Notes under the pieces: generated by a model
What the model was told of the DNA's origin: nothing
Seen by the model: the letters and a program-made list of their open reading frames with translations, nothing else
Databases searched by the model: none
Part shown: positions 13,951 through 31,144 of the stretch, one piece after another
How positions within the stretch are numbered: position 1 is the first letter of the stretch
Layout of the letters: each line of letters opens with the position of its first letter
Program-made: the position numbers and the translations under genes
NCBI RefSeq assembly: GCF_009914755.1
Contig: NC_060934.1
Origin: the human T2T-CHM13v2.0 reference genome, Homo sapiens
Length of the DNA stretch: 64,000 bases
Direction: 5' to 3' (one strand)

Positions 13951-15075
13951 TGCAGTGAGTCCCTGCCTGAGGGGAGACCGTGAGGAGTAAATGAGATGAA
14001 AACACTGCAGTGAGTCCCTGCCTGAGGGGAGGCCGTGAGGAGTAAATGAGATGAAAACACTCTGCAGTGAGTCCCTGCCTGAGGGGAGGCCGTGAGGAGC
14101 AAATGAGATGAAAACACTCTGCGGTGAGTCCCTGCCTGAGGGGAGACCGTGAGGAGCAAATGAGATGAAAACACTCTGCAGTGAGTCCCTGCCTGAGGGG
14201 AGACCGTGAGGAATAAATGAGATGAAAACACTCTGCAGTGAGTCCCTGCCTGAGGGGAGACCGTGAGGAATAAATGAGATGAAAACACTCTGCAGTGAGT
14301 CCCTGCCTGAGGGGAGGCCGTGAGGAGCAAATGAGATGAAAACACTCTGCAGTGAGTCCCTGCCTGAGGGGAGGCCGTGAGGAGTAAATGAGATGAAAAC
14401 ACTCTGCAGTGAGTCCCTGCCTGAGGGGAGGCCGTGAGGAGTAAATGAGATGAAAACACTCTGCAGTGAGTCCCTGCCTGAGGGGAGGCCGTGAGGAGTA
14501 AATGAGATGAAAACACTCTGCAGTGAGTCCCTGCCTGAGGGGAGGCCGTGAGGAGCAAATGAGATGAAAACACTCTGCAGTGAGTCCCTGCCTGAGGGGA
14601 GACTGTGAGGAATAAATGAGATGAAAACACTCTGCAGTGAGTCCCTGCCTGAGGGGAGACTGTGAGGAATAAATGAGATGAAAACACTCTGCAGTGAGTC
14701 CCTGCCTGAGGGGAGGCCGTGAGGAGTAAATGAGATGAAAACACTCTGCAGTGAGTCCCTGCCTGAGGGGAGACTGTGAGGAGTAAATGAGATGAAAACA
14801 CTCTGCAGTGAGTCCCTGCCTGAGGGGAGGCCGTGAGGAGTAAATGAGATGAAAACACTCTGCAGTGAGTCCCTGCCTGAGGGGAGGCCATGAGGAGTAA
14901 ATGAGATGAAAACACTCTGCAGTGAGTCCCTGCCTGAGGGGAGGCCGTGAGGAGTAAATGAGATGAGAACACTCTGCAGTGAGTCCCTGCCTGAGGGGAG
15001 GCTGTGAGGAGTAAATGAGATGAGAACACTCTGCAGTGAGTCCCTGCCTGAGGGGAGACTGTGAGGAGTAAATGA
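13895..15075. repeat. Minisatellite, 57-bp unit x ~21, MIR-derived
   Basis: cagtgagtccctgcctgaggggaggccgtgaggagtaaatgagatgaaaacactctg, highly homogeneous; gives the 19-aa periodic ORFs. Confidence 0.97.
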
Positions 15076-16151
15076 GTGACTGAATCAAAGCACTCACAGC
15101 GGAGCTGCCTCCTGGTGATTAAAACACTCTGCAAGTGCAAGAGCTTAAGATGCTCCTCCTGGTTAGTGTGACCCAAGTCTGGAAAGAGGACAGAGAAGAA
15201 AGCCAAGCCTGGGAGAAGCCAAAACTGTGCAAGAGGCCAGACGAGACAGGCTGCATGGAATTCCACCTGTCCACGGCCACCGTTTGTCTCCACTACACAG
15301 GGCCATCTGTGTTCCCTCCCTTTTGTCTCCACTACATAGGGCCATCTGTGTTCCCTTCCACGACGATTTTTGTTCCACCGTTTCGTTCTTTGGTAAACTG
15401 CACACAAAAGCAGAGGTGTGGAGAGTTGTGCAAAATGGTCAAGACAGAGTGAAGGCAAGAAGATTTTATTTTATCCTCACTCATTCCTTCTCTAAGTCTT
15501 TTCTTCATGTGGACTGGATTCTCTGACCTGCCATGTCCAGGCTATTGATGGGCCCAGCAAAAACATACTTCATTTCTCTTACAGTGTTTATTTCTAGCAT
15601 TGCCTTTTGATTCCTAGATTTTCCATCTCTCTGCTCACATATCCACCTCCAATTACGGCACAATGGTTTGAGGTTATAATCTCAATTCTTTGACAGATCT
15701 AGGAGGAGTTGCTTATTTTCGGTTTGTACAGCTTTTTGCTCAAGAGGACAAGCGTGATGACTTCCAAGCTCCTTAGGTGCTGGACTGGAAGCTACAAGTC
15801 TATGCATCTCCTATTTTATTTTATTCTTTTTATTATTGTCTCACTTCTCCCTTCTGTGGACTTAATTTTTTCTAACATGTTAAGATAAATGCTTATTTCT
15901 TCAGTTTCCAAGATGTCTTCTGACTTAATATAAAGATTTTAGTCTATAAATTCAAGTACCATTTCCACAGCATCTCACAAATTTTGATTCATCATTTTTC
16001 ACCTGAAATACAACAGCCCCCTAACCTGTTTCTGCCTTCAGTCAGGAACCCAATCCAATGAAACCAATCTATCCTATATATTTCTGCTACATTGATATGT
16101 CCAAAATTCCCTCTTTAGAAATGACGAGGCACAGATAGCAAGATTAAATTC

Positions 16152-16447
16152 TTTTTTTTCTTTTTAGAGGCAGGGTCTCACTCTGTCACCCAGAGTGGGG
16201 TGCAGTGATGTGACAACAGCTCACTGCAGCCTCCAGCTCCTAGGTTGAAGTGATCCTTCCACCTCAGCCCCCTGGGTAGCTGGGACCACAGGTGTGTGGC
16301 CACCACACCCGGCTAGTCTTTCATCGTTTGTAGAGATGGGCTCTGACTTTGTCACCCAGGCTGGTCTCGAACTCCTGTCTTCAAGCTCTCCTCCACCTCG
16401 GCCTCCCAAAGTGCTGGCATTACAGGCGTGAGCCACTGCACCTGGCC
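16152..16447 (-). mobile_element. AluJ-like
   Basis: T-tract then agaggcagggtctcactctgtcaccc...gtgagccactgcacctggcc. Confidence 0.9.
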
Positions 16448-17025
16448 AAAAGTCACTTTCTGTAGTGTGGGACATCTTTATGCTGCGTCCTCAGCTGTGC
16501 CTGTGGCCTCTCCTCCCACAGCTGCGGCCCCAGAGCAGCACGTGATGGGGACTGTCTGCAGGTCTGGCAACAGTCCCACCCACACCATCCAGCATGAGAG
16601 CCGCCCAGCCACCCGCCCGAAAGTGCAGTGATGAAGCAGGAGGATGATTTTATATATCATCTTAACACATTTAAATGTAAAAGGCCCCACAAGGCTACTG
16701 CCCTCATACTGGACAGGGCAGCTCCCACCAGACAGAGCCTGTCACCTCCTCTGGGGACATCACAGTGGCTACACAGTCCTACTTGGCCGCACTGTAGGCC
16801 GCCTTCTCTCCTAGCATCATTCTGATGTAAATAAGGAAGTAACACTATGTGTATTGGAATCAATGAGAAAATTGAGTTGTTCAGAGAGAACACAGGTCAC
16901 AGGACAGGAACCTCATCAAAATCAGTAAATCCAGACTGACTCAGGAAAGATAAACCTTCTCAGTCTAGAAAATTAAACTTCGGCATAGAGGAGGAACTTA
17001 TACGGTGACCCCCATGATGGCAGAT

Positions 17026-17445
17026 GACCCCGTGACAGCAAGGAGGATGCCCTCTACATTCCTGCCTCACCGGCAGCGCGTGACAGAGTGCTTGGAACCT
17101 GTGACGGCAAGGATGCCCTCTACATTCCTGCGTCACCGGCAGCGTGTGACGGAGTGCTCAGAACCCGTGACGGCAAGGAGGATGTCCTCTACATTCCTGC
17201 CTCACTGGCAGCACACAGCAGAGTGCTCGGAACCCCGTGACAGCAAGGAGGATGTCCTCTACATTCCTGCCTCACCAGCAGCGCATGGCAGAGTGCTCGG
17301 AACCCATGACAGCAAGGAGGATATCCTCTACATTCCTGCCTCACCGGCAGCACATGGCAGAGTGCTCGGCACCCCGTGACGGCAAGGAGGATGCCCTCTA
17401 CATTCCTGCCTCACCGGCAGGGCACAGCAGCGTGCTCGGAACCCA
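17026..17445. repeat. Minisatellite, ~70-bp unit x 6
   Basis: ccgtgacagcaaggaggatgccctctacattcctgcctcaccggcagc repeated. Confidence 0.93.
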
Positions 17446-18106
17446 GAATCACCTGCACATTTGCTGAAAGAATACTAGAACACAAGTCTATTTCCAAAAC
17501 TGACACTAAACTATCCTCAGCATAAAATCCACCTCAAGGATGCGTTCAGAAGCACAAGTTTCCAGTTTACCTCTCAACTTTTTCAAAAAAAAAAAAAAAA
17601 AAGCTTTAAAAATCTAACAATAGTTCTCAAACTCTTTGACCCAAAGAGCACTTTAAAGACTGTTGAAAACCTTAAAAAGCTTTCGCCAGTGGGGCTAATA
17701 TTTTGATATTTGTGGCATTAGAAAGTAAATCAAAACTTTTTAAAAAACAAGATGTCACAGTCACAGAATCCACTGGCTCTCAGAACCCTCCCCCACCCCC
17801 AAACAGACAGCCAGCCTTGGAAAAACCCACTGTGCACTCAGGAGACAAAGAGTCAACAGGAGACATGGCCGTGTCATTCTGGAAAGCACAACACTGCAGA
17901 CATCCCTGGGAGGGTCTCGAACCCCTGAGGGTCCCTGGGCTCTGTTGGAAGCTTGCTGTCCCAGAGGACACAGGGGACCGGGACATTCTACTGCAAAGGA
18001 GGGGCAAGGCTGAAGTCAGATGCTGATCCCTGAGAGGGCAGCCCAAGCCATGCATGCTCACACATGGAAGTTCTTAGTTCATCAAAAGACACAGCAGTAG
18101 CTCCAC

Positions 18107-18773
18107 CCACATCACAGAATGGCCTGCTGCACATGGGTTCTAGTATCTTCCTCTCAGTCACATCAGGGAACCACATGCTGCACGTGGGCTCTAGGATCTT
18201 CCACAGCCACATCAGGGAACAGTGTCCTTCATGTGGGCTCTAGGGTCTTCCTCCCAGTCACATCAGGGAACGGCGTGCTGCACGTGGGCTCTAGGATCTT
18301 CCCACAATCACATCAGGGAACGGCGTGCTGCACGTGGGCTCTGGGATCTTCCTCCCAGTCACATCAGGGAACCACCTGCTGCACGTGAGCTCTAGGACCT
18401 TCCCACAGCCACATCAGGGAACTGCGTGCTGCACGTAGGCTCTAGGATCTTCCTCTCACAGTCACATCAGGGAACCACCTGCTGCACGTGAGCTCTAGGA
18501 CCTTCCCAGTCACATCAGGGAACCAACCACCTGCTGCACGTGAGCTCTAGGACCTTCCCACAGTCACATCAGGGAACCACCTGCTGCACGTGAGCTCTAG
18601 TATCTTCCCACAGCCACATCAGGGAACCGCGTGCTGCACATGAGCTCTAGTATCTTCCTCCCACAGTCACATCAAGGGATCGCGTGCTGCACGTGGGCTC
18701 TAGGATCTTCCTCTCACAGTCACATCAGGGAACGGCATGCTGCACATGAGCTCTAGGATCTTCCTCTCCCAGT
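18107..18773. repeat. Minisatellite, ~47-52-bp unit x ~13, containing E-boxes
   Basis: cacatcagggaaccacctgctgcacgtgagctctaggatcttcc repeated. Confidence 0.93.
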
Positions 18774-21700
18774 CTTGGGTGGAATGGGCACAACACAAGT
18801 CTCCAGGTTTTCTTTTCCAGAGTTGTTGGTTGGGGAAAAAAAGGTGATAACTAAAGCTAGAATCTAAGCTCTAACTGAGAGTTTATCAAGTAAAGGTAAT
18901 GAAGTGCTTAAAATCGACTCCAATACATTCTAGGTGCTCAATAAATGCCAGCTCATTCACTTACTTCCCAAATCAAGCTCAAGTTCCAAAAGAAAGCTAT
19001 TTATAAAGAGAAGATATGTACTATGATGAAGAGCTTTCATAAGAATTCATTACAAAGTAAGGTCATGGGTTTAGAAATGAAATGAGAAAATACATCCAGT
19101 AGAGGTTAAATGGCTGAGTAGATTAATTATTAACTAGGTCAATTATGTAAGCAATAACAAAATTATTTCTGGGCTGCTAAAATTCAGTCATTGATGGGGA
19201 GAATGGAACAAGTTGGAAAACACTCTTCAGGATATTATCCAGGAGAACTTCCCCAACCAACCAAGACAGGCCCACATTCAAATTGAGAAATACAGAGAAT
19301 ATCACGAAGATACTCCTTGAGAAAAGCAACCCCAAGACACATAATTGTCAGATTCACCAAGATTAAAATGAAGGAAAAAATGTTAAGGGCAGCCAGAGAG
19401 AAAGGTAGGGTTACCCACAAAGGGAAGCTCATCAGACTAACAGCGGATCTCTCTGCAGAAACCCGACATGCCAGAAGAGAGTGGGGGCCAATATTCAACA
19501 TTCTTAAAGAATTTTCAACCCAGAATTTCCTATCCAGCCAAACTAAGCTTTGTAAGTGAACGAGAAATATAATCATTTACAGACAAGCAGATGCTGAGAG
19601 ATTCTGTCACCACCAGGTCTGCCTTACAAGAGCTCCTGAAGGAAGCACTAAATATGGAAACGAAAAACTGGTACCAGCCACTGCAAAAACATAACAAATT
19701 GTAAAGACCACTGACACTGTGAAGAAACTGCATCAACTAATGGGCAAAATAACCAGCTAGCATCATAATGACAGGATCGAATTCACACATAACAATATTA
19801 ACCTTAAATGTAAATGGGCTAAATGCCCCCGTTAAAAGACACAGACTGGCAAACTGGATAGAGTCAAGACCCGTTGGTGTGCTGTATTCAGGAGACCTAT
19901 CTCATGTGCAAAGACACACATAGGCTCAAAATAAAGGATGGAGGAATATTTACAAAGCAAAAAAAGCATGAGTTGCAATCCTGGTCTCTGATAAAACATA
20001 CTTTAAACCAACAAAGATCAAAAAAGACAAAGAAGGGCATTACACAATGGCAAAGGGATCAATACAACAAGAAGGGCCAACTATCCTAAATATATACATA
20101 CCCAATACAGGAGCACCCAGATTCATAAAGCAAGTTCTTAGATACCTACCAAGAGACTTAGACTCCCACACAGTAACAGTGGGAGGCTTTAACACCCCAA
20201 CGTCAGTATTAGACAGATTGAGACAGAAAATTAACAAGGATATTCAGGACTTGAACTCAGCTCTGGGCCAAGCGGACCTAATAGACATCTACAAAACTCT
20301 CCACCCCAAATCAATAGGATATACCTTCTTCTCAGCACCAAATTGCACCTATTCTAAAACTGACCACATAATTGGAAGTAAAACACTCAACAAATGCAAA
20401 AGGATGGAAATCATAACAAACAGTCTCTCAGACTACAGTGCAATCAAATTAGAACTCACAGTTAAGAAACTCACTCAAAACTGCACAAATACATGGAAAC
20501 TGAACAACCTGCTCCTGAATGACTACTGGGTAAATAATGAAATTAAGGCAGAAATAAATAAGTTCTTTGAAACCAATGAGAACAAAAGACAATGTACCAG
20601 AATCTCTGGGACACAGATAAAGAGGTGTGTAGAGGGAAATTTATAGCACTAAATGCCCACAAGAAAAAGCAGGAAAGATCTAAAATCGATACCCTAACAT
20701 CATAATTAAAAGAACTAGAGAAGAAAGAGCAAACAAATTCAAAAGCTAGCAGAAGACAAGAAATAACTAAGATCAGAGCAGAAATGAAGGAGACAGAGAC
20801 ACAAAAAACTCTTCAAAAAAATCAATGAATCCAGGAGCTGGTTTTTGGAAAAGATCAACAAAATAGATAGACCACTAGCCAGACAAAGAAGAAAAGAGAG
20901 AAGAATCAAATAGACACAATAAGAAATGATAAAGGGGATATCACCACTGATCCCACAGAAATACAAACTACCAGAGAATACTGTAAACATCTCTATGCAA
21001 ATAAACTAGAAAATCTAGAAGAAATGGATAAATTCCAGGACACATACACCCTCTCAAGACTAAACCAGGTAGAAGCTGAATCCCTGAATAGACCAATAAC
21101 AAGTTCTGAAATTGAGGCAGGAATTAATAGCCTACCAACCAAAAAAAGTCCAGGACCAGACGAATTCACAGCCAACTCTTACCAGAGGTACAAAGAGGAG
21201 CTGGTAGCATTCCTTCTGAAACTATTCCAAAACAATAGAAAAGAGGGGCTCCTCCCTAACTCATTTTATGAGGCCACCATCATCCTGATACCAAAACCTG
21301 GCAGAGACACAACAAAAAAAGAAAATGTCAGGCCGATATCCCTGATGAACATCAATGTGAAAATCCTCAATAAAATGCTGGCAAACTGAATCCAGCAGAA
21401 AGCCGATCCACCATGATCAAATAGGCTTCATCCCTGGGATGCAAGGCTGGTTCAATATATGCAAATCAATAAATGTAATCCATCACATCAACAGAACTAA
21501 TGACAAAAACCACATGATTATCCCAATAGATGCAGAAAAGGCCTTTGATAAAATTCAGCATCCCTTCATGCTAAAAACTCTCAATAAACTAGATATTGAT
21601 GGAACACATCTCAAAATAATAAGAGCTATTTATGACAAACCAACAGCCAATATCATACTGAATGGGCAAAAACTGGAAGCATTACTTTGAAAACTGGCAC

Positions 21701-22328
21701 AGGACAAGGATGCCCTCTCTCAACATAGTATTGGAAGTTCTAGCCACAATCAGGCAAGAGAAAGAAAGAAAGGGTATTCAAATAGGAAGAGAGAAAGTCA
21801 AATTGTTTCTGTTTACAGATGACATGATTGTTATTTAGAAAACCCCATCATCTCAGCCCAAAATCTCCTTAAGCTGATAAGCAACTTCAGCAAAGTCTCA
21901 GGATACAAAATCAATGTGCAAAAATCACAAGCATTCTTATACCCCAATAATAGACCAACAGGGGGCCAAATCATGAACTCCCATTCACAATTGCTACAAA
22001 GAGAATAAAATACCTAGGAATACAACTTACAAGGGATGTGAAGGACCTCTTCAAGGAGAACTATAAACCACTGCTCAAGGAAAGAAGAGAAGACACAAAC
22101 AAATGGAAAATCATTCCATGCTCATGGATAGGAAGAATATCATGAAAATGGCCATATTGCCCAAAGTAATTTATAAATTCAATGCTATCCCCATCGAGCT
22201 ACCATTGACTTTCTTCACAGAATTGGAAAAAACTACTTTAAATTTCATATGGAACCAAAAAACAGAGCCCACATAGCCAAGACAATCCTAAGCAAAAAGA
22301 ACAAAGCTGGAGGCATCACACTACCTGA

Positions 22329-22457
<129 letters not shown>

Positions 22458-23262
22458 TGACAAACCTGACAAAAAGCAAGCAATGGGGAAATTATTCCCT
22501 ATTTAATAAATGGTGTTGGGGAAACAGGCTAGCCATAAGCAGAAAACTGAAACTGGACCCCTTCTGTACACCTTATACAAAAATTAACTCAAATTGGTTT
22601 AAAAACTTAAACGTAAGACGTAAAACCATAAAAACTCTACAAGAAAACCTAGGCAAAACCATTCAGTACATAGACATGGCCAAAGACTTCAATACTAAAA
22701 CACCAAAAGCAATAGCAACAAAAGCCAAAATTGACAAATGGCATCTAATTAAACTAAAGTGCTTCTGCACAGCAAAATAAACTACCATCAGAGTGAACAG
22801 GCAACCTACAGAATGGGAGAAAATTTTTGCAATCCATCCATCTGACAAAGGGCTAATATCCAGCATCTACAAAGAACTTAAACAAATTTACAAGAAAAAA
22901 CAACCCCATCAAGAAGTGGACAAAGGTTATGAACAGACACTTCTCAAAAGAAGACATTTATGTGGCCAACAAACTTAGAAAAAAAAAAAAGCTCATCATC
23001 ACTGGTCATTAGAAAAATGCAAATCAAAACCACAATGAGATACCATTCCACGCCAGTTAGAATGGTTATCATTAAAAAGTCAGGCAACAACAGATGCTGG
23101 AGAGGATGTGAAGAAACACCACTGAGGGAAGTGTAAATTAGTTCAACCATTGTGGAAGAGAGTGTGGTGATTCCTCAAGGATCTAGAACCAGAAATACCA
23201 TTTGATCAAGCAATCCCATTACTGGGTATACACCCAAAGGATTATAAATCATGATACTATAA

Positions 23263-26173
<2,911 letters not shown>

Positions 26174-27073
26174 AAAGAAAATGTGGCATATATATACCAT
26201 GGAATAGTATGCAGCCATAAAAAACGGGTAAATTCATGTCCTTTGCAGGGACATGGATGAAGCTGGAAGCCATCATTCTCAGTCAACTAACACCAGAACA
26301 GAAAACTAAACACCACTTGTTCTCACTCATAAATGGGAGTTGAACAATGAGAACACATGGACACAGGGAGGGGAACATCACACACTAGGGCCTGTTGGGT
26401 GCTGGAGGACTACAGGAGGGATAGCATTAGGAGAAATACCTAATGTAGGTGATGGGTTGATGGGTGCAGCAAAGCACCATGGCACATGTATACGTATGTA
26501 ACAAACCTGCATGTTCTGCACATGTACTCCAGAACTTAAAGTATAATAAAAAATATATATAAATTAAAAAATTCAGTCCCTGGGGCAACCACAGTAGCTC
26601 TACTGCAAGATGAGTGGTCACAGACCTCGAGCTGCCAAGTCTCCCTAGAAGCCACAGCCCTTTCCTTGTGAATGATTCCAGTCTTCCCGGTCGGTTCAGG
26701 AGAAAGAAAAAAGCAGACAGAAAATTGTGAAATCTGTCTATTGGTAATAAACTAACATAAGCTCCTCTTATCTCACACCTTATTGTTAAAACTACGTGAG
26801 CATATACTCTAAGTAAATTATAGTATATCTAAATTTAGAGAACTCACAACTAGATTCCTGTAACAGCAAGAAACAGCAAAGAATAAGGAAACCCAGTAAT
26901 GACCCCATGCCCCTCCTGCTTTCCTGAAGGGTGGCTGCCATGACACATAAAGGGGAGTTGCTCTGTGTTGGCTACAGAAAATGAGAACCCCACCTGAGAC
27001 TTCACAGGCAATGCAAAGGTCATGGGGTGCGCTCCATATGCCAATCAGTCATTATTGATTAAAACAAAGATGA

Positions 27074-27387
27074 GACCAGGTGCAGTGGCTCACACCTGTA
27101 ATCCCAGCACGTTGGGAGGCCAAGGCAGGTGGATCACTTGAGGTCGGGAGTTCTAGACCAGCCTGACCAACATGGAGAAACCCTGTTTCTACTAAAAATA
27201 CAAAATTAGCAAGGCATGGTGGCGCATGCCTGTAATCCCAGCTACTTGAGAGGCCGAGGCAGGAGAATCGCTTGAACCCACGAGGCAGAGTTTGTGGCGT
27301 GACCTGTGTCACACCACAGAGATCACACCATTGCACTCCAGCCTGGGCAACAAGAGTGAAACTCCATCTCAAAAACAAACAAAAAAA
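27074..27387 (+). mobile_element. AluS-like with a short anomalous internal segment
   Basis: gaccaggtgcagtggctcacacctgtaatccc...ctcaaaaacaaac; TSD aaagatgag. Confidence 0.92.
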
Positions 27388-27578
27388 GATGAGTACCCAA
27401 CTTTTAAAAACTACAACGGCATCCATGGAGTAATAGTGCTTTCCATTATATCTCAAATAAATGACACTTCAAGGACTGTCTTCCTAATCGTTCATAGTAT
27501 CTTCTACACAGTAAGGCAAATTCTACCACCTGTAACCTATACACAGTAAGCTTGATTCCCTAAAGAGAAGGAGCTGTG

Positions 27579-27821
27579 GAATTGGAGACCATCATCTGTG
27601 CAGGTGCATGAGCTGACACCTTGGTGTCACCCTGGGTGCAGAATTGGAGACCATCATCTGTGCAGGTGCATAACTAGGACATCTCGGATTCACCCTGGGA
27701 GCAGAATTGGAGACCATTATCTGTGCAGGTGCATAAGCTGGACATCTCGGAGTCACTCTGGGTGCAGAATCGGAGACTATCCTCTGTGCAGGTGCATAAC
27801 TAGGACATCAAGGTCACCCTG
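27579..27821. repeat. Minisatellite, ~62-bp unit x 4
   Basis: gaattggagaccatcatctgtgcaggtgcat repeated. Confidence 0.9.
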
Positions 27822-27822
27822 A

Positions 27823-28212
<390 letters not shown>

Positions 28213-29399
28213 TGACAGATATCTCTTAAGTACACATCAGTTTCAGGCATTCAGGGTTGTTTGGACTCCCCCACTTTCAGCCCATGCTCCATGCTGCTGC
28301 TAAAGTGATCTTCAAACCCTGACTGGCCCCCACTGTCCCTTCACCTAAAATATTCTAGTGGATCCCATCATCTTCAGGATCAAGTCCAAATTCCCGAGCG
28401 TGATGCACAAGATGCTATAACCCAGCCGCTCCTACCTAACTTCTTGCCGTTCCCCAAATGTGTCACACTCCCTCATCTTCCTTCAAAATATAGAAGCCAG
28501 GCAGTATTTCAGGTGCTTGGCCTACACGAATGAACAGAACAGAGATCCTGGCCTGTGTGGACCTCGTATTCTTATGGAAGAAAGTGAGAGGTGGGGAGGT
28601 GGATGGTGGAAGAATGGCTGAGTAGTGGGGTAAATGGATGAAATGTTTGATAGATGGACGGATGGTGGACGTAAATGGATGCTTGATAGGTAAGTAGATG
28701 ATTGGCGAATATGTAGACAGATGCAGAGAGGTTGATAAATGGATGGATGATTGACAGGTAGGTAAATAACGAATACACAGACATGCAGATAGACAGAGTA
28801 TCATGTGGTTATAATGGCGATGGAGACATGAGTCAGGATGGGGAACGGGAGAGATTGTGTGTGAAGAGGCGCCATATTTCACAATTTTACAAAAACAGGA
28901 GAAATGAACCGTGCTTCTCACGTTGGGTCTAGCTTCCCCTCCAGAGCAGAGCCTGCAGACTCTGAGCTGAAGTGTCGGTCTCCTCCACCCATCCTGCCAC
29001 TCTCAGCCACCCCCTCTGCCATGTGCCTCTCTCTTCCACACCTTCCTGCCTTTGAAGAGGTGAGGTAAGGTGCACGGATGAACAGAAAACGCACCCCAAG
29101 CCAAGAGATAACCATCTCCTACTACACCCACCTCTCTCAGGCTTTTATCAAGAGAGAAGACCGTGAGACAACCACAACCCGCCATGCTTATCTCGTGGAG
29201 TAGCTGGGATTGTGAAGATGGCATGATCCGAAGGTAAACACAGGGTTTATCAACACCCCTGCAGCATCGTGGAGAGAGAGAGAATGTAGGAAACACGCAG
29301 TGGCGACTGACGCGGATCTCCTGTGTGGTAAGATGGCCGGCCAAAGATGGGCTTGCATCCTCCTGCGAGGAGCGACCCCGTGTGATCGTCAGCCATTGG

Positions 29400-29490
29400 A
29401 CAGCCTCCCTGAACTTCAGTTTCCTCATCTATAAAATGGAAGATAGACCCCCACTGGCCTCTGTGAGAACTGAAGCCATGTGAACTCAGC
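29400..29490 (+). mobile_element. MIR fragment
   Basis: cctccctgaacttcagtttcctcatctataaaatgg. Confidence 0.7.
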
Positions 29491-30333
29491 CTGCGTGCAT
29501 GTCTGGGTGTGTTGTGTGTTCACAGACAGGGTGTCTGCATGGCAGCACTGACACACAGTGAGGGAAGCGTTGGTCACAGGCTGACAGTACGCAGGTGCCT
29601 CCACACTCCTGAACTCGACAGGGGCCTCCGAGACACCCACATGAGTAAGAGAAGGTCTCAATATGTGTCGGGGCTTAAGACAGGTGTGAAACAACAGAGG
29701 GTGGATTTGGGAACAAATTCTCCTTCATTCCATCCGCACACATTTTCCTGGGTCACAGCCTCCTTGGAGAAGGCAGCAGGGGCGCCCAGGAGGTGGCACC
29801 AGCTTTTCATTCAGGCTCTCAGGTGTGTCCTCTTTTGCATGGGTGACACTCTCTGAGGCCATAAAATCTCCTCTCCAGAAAGAGGAGCAGAGCCAGGAGG
29901 CCAGGCAGACGGCAACTGAGGATGCAGAAGCAGCTAATCACATGAGCCTGCATGGACAGAGAGATTCATTACAGCACGACTGACACTCACAGGCTTCCTC
30001 GACCACCAGGTGAGTTCCGAGACTCACAGGCTTTCCTCGAACACCAGGTGAGTTCCGTCATCCCTTAGCCTCACTTTTTTCTTCTGACACAGAAGACAAC
30101 AGTCAGGACTTCACCTGCTTATCATGAAAGCTCCATGTGAGAACAATGTGAGGATGCCAGTGAAGGGCATTTGCAAAACAAAGGGATTCACGAATCGGGT
30201 CCATCACCAGCGATCGCCCCTACCCTCACCGGTGCCCTGGGAACTACAAAAGAATTCACAGGTAATTTTCTTTTAAAGAAGCAACTTTAACCTACATGTT
30301 GGAAAAACTCTCTCAGAATAATTCAAACATTAA

Positions 30334-30509
<176 letters not shown>

Positions 30510-31033
30510 ACAGCCTAAGTTTTCTGTTGCTAAATTAATGAAATTTCAGCTGGCCAAGCCCAGGTGGCACTGGCAACTCAGTCTCCAGACAACCCTTTGC
30601 AGACGGCATCATAAAACACAGATGAAAGACAGGAAACACATAACAATGTATGGTTTTCATTTCTGTTTAGAAAAGTAGACCTAGAAAACAAATCACTGAT
30701 GGTAAGAAAAAGAAAAAACTATACTAGCAACCACGATTAAAAAGTTATTTAACAGTGACACCTAAAAAAGAAAAATTTGGCACGAGATTATAATCTTTTT
30801 AATTAATATGAAATTCTGAATAGTAGCCAACATGGGCTTGTAAACCACGTGAAGAGCTATTTACCGGACACTGGCGTCTCCCGAGAGGGTGTGTCCGTGC
30901 AGAAAGCTGGAGGCCCCTCGCGTGCTGCAGGTCCACGCCCACTGCACTTCTGCCTCGCCCAGTGGCTGGGCACAGGCACCGTCCTGGCACAGGTGGCAGA
31001 TGGACGTATTGTATCACCCCACCCCGTGCTTAC

Positions 31034-31144
31034 CTGACCGATAGCGCTCATCTCGTGACCCTGAAGACCGTCGGCGGTGGTAGCGAGAGGCGGAGGAAGG
31101 AGTGACAGGAGCCCGGCGTTCTTGCGGCAAAGCTTGGTCCACCC
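31034..31144 (-). CDS. DIP2C: DIP2C coding exon 3 (111 nt, phase 1-1): (R)VDQALPQERRAPVTPSSASRYHRRRSSGSRDERYRS(D)
   Basis: Minus strand ttttattgaaatccag|GGGTGGACCAAGCT...CGGTCAG|gtaagc; frame continues from exon 2. Confidence 0.95.

Noticed and set aside
13724-15458. 457-aa and 533-aa periodic ORFs
   Set aside because: Translation of a 57-bp (3n) minisatellite; no sign of a real gene.
28590-28800. GGAT/AGAT-rich segment with a 152-aa minus-strand ORF
   Set aside because: Degenerate tetranucleotide low-complexity sequence.
30750-30865. AT-rich, constrained-looking block just downstream of exon 3 (a similar one at ~52070-52200)
   Set aside because: Conservation cannot be judged without alignments, so no function is claimed.
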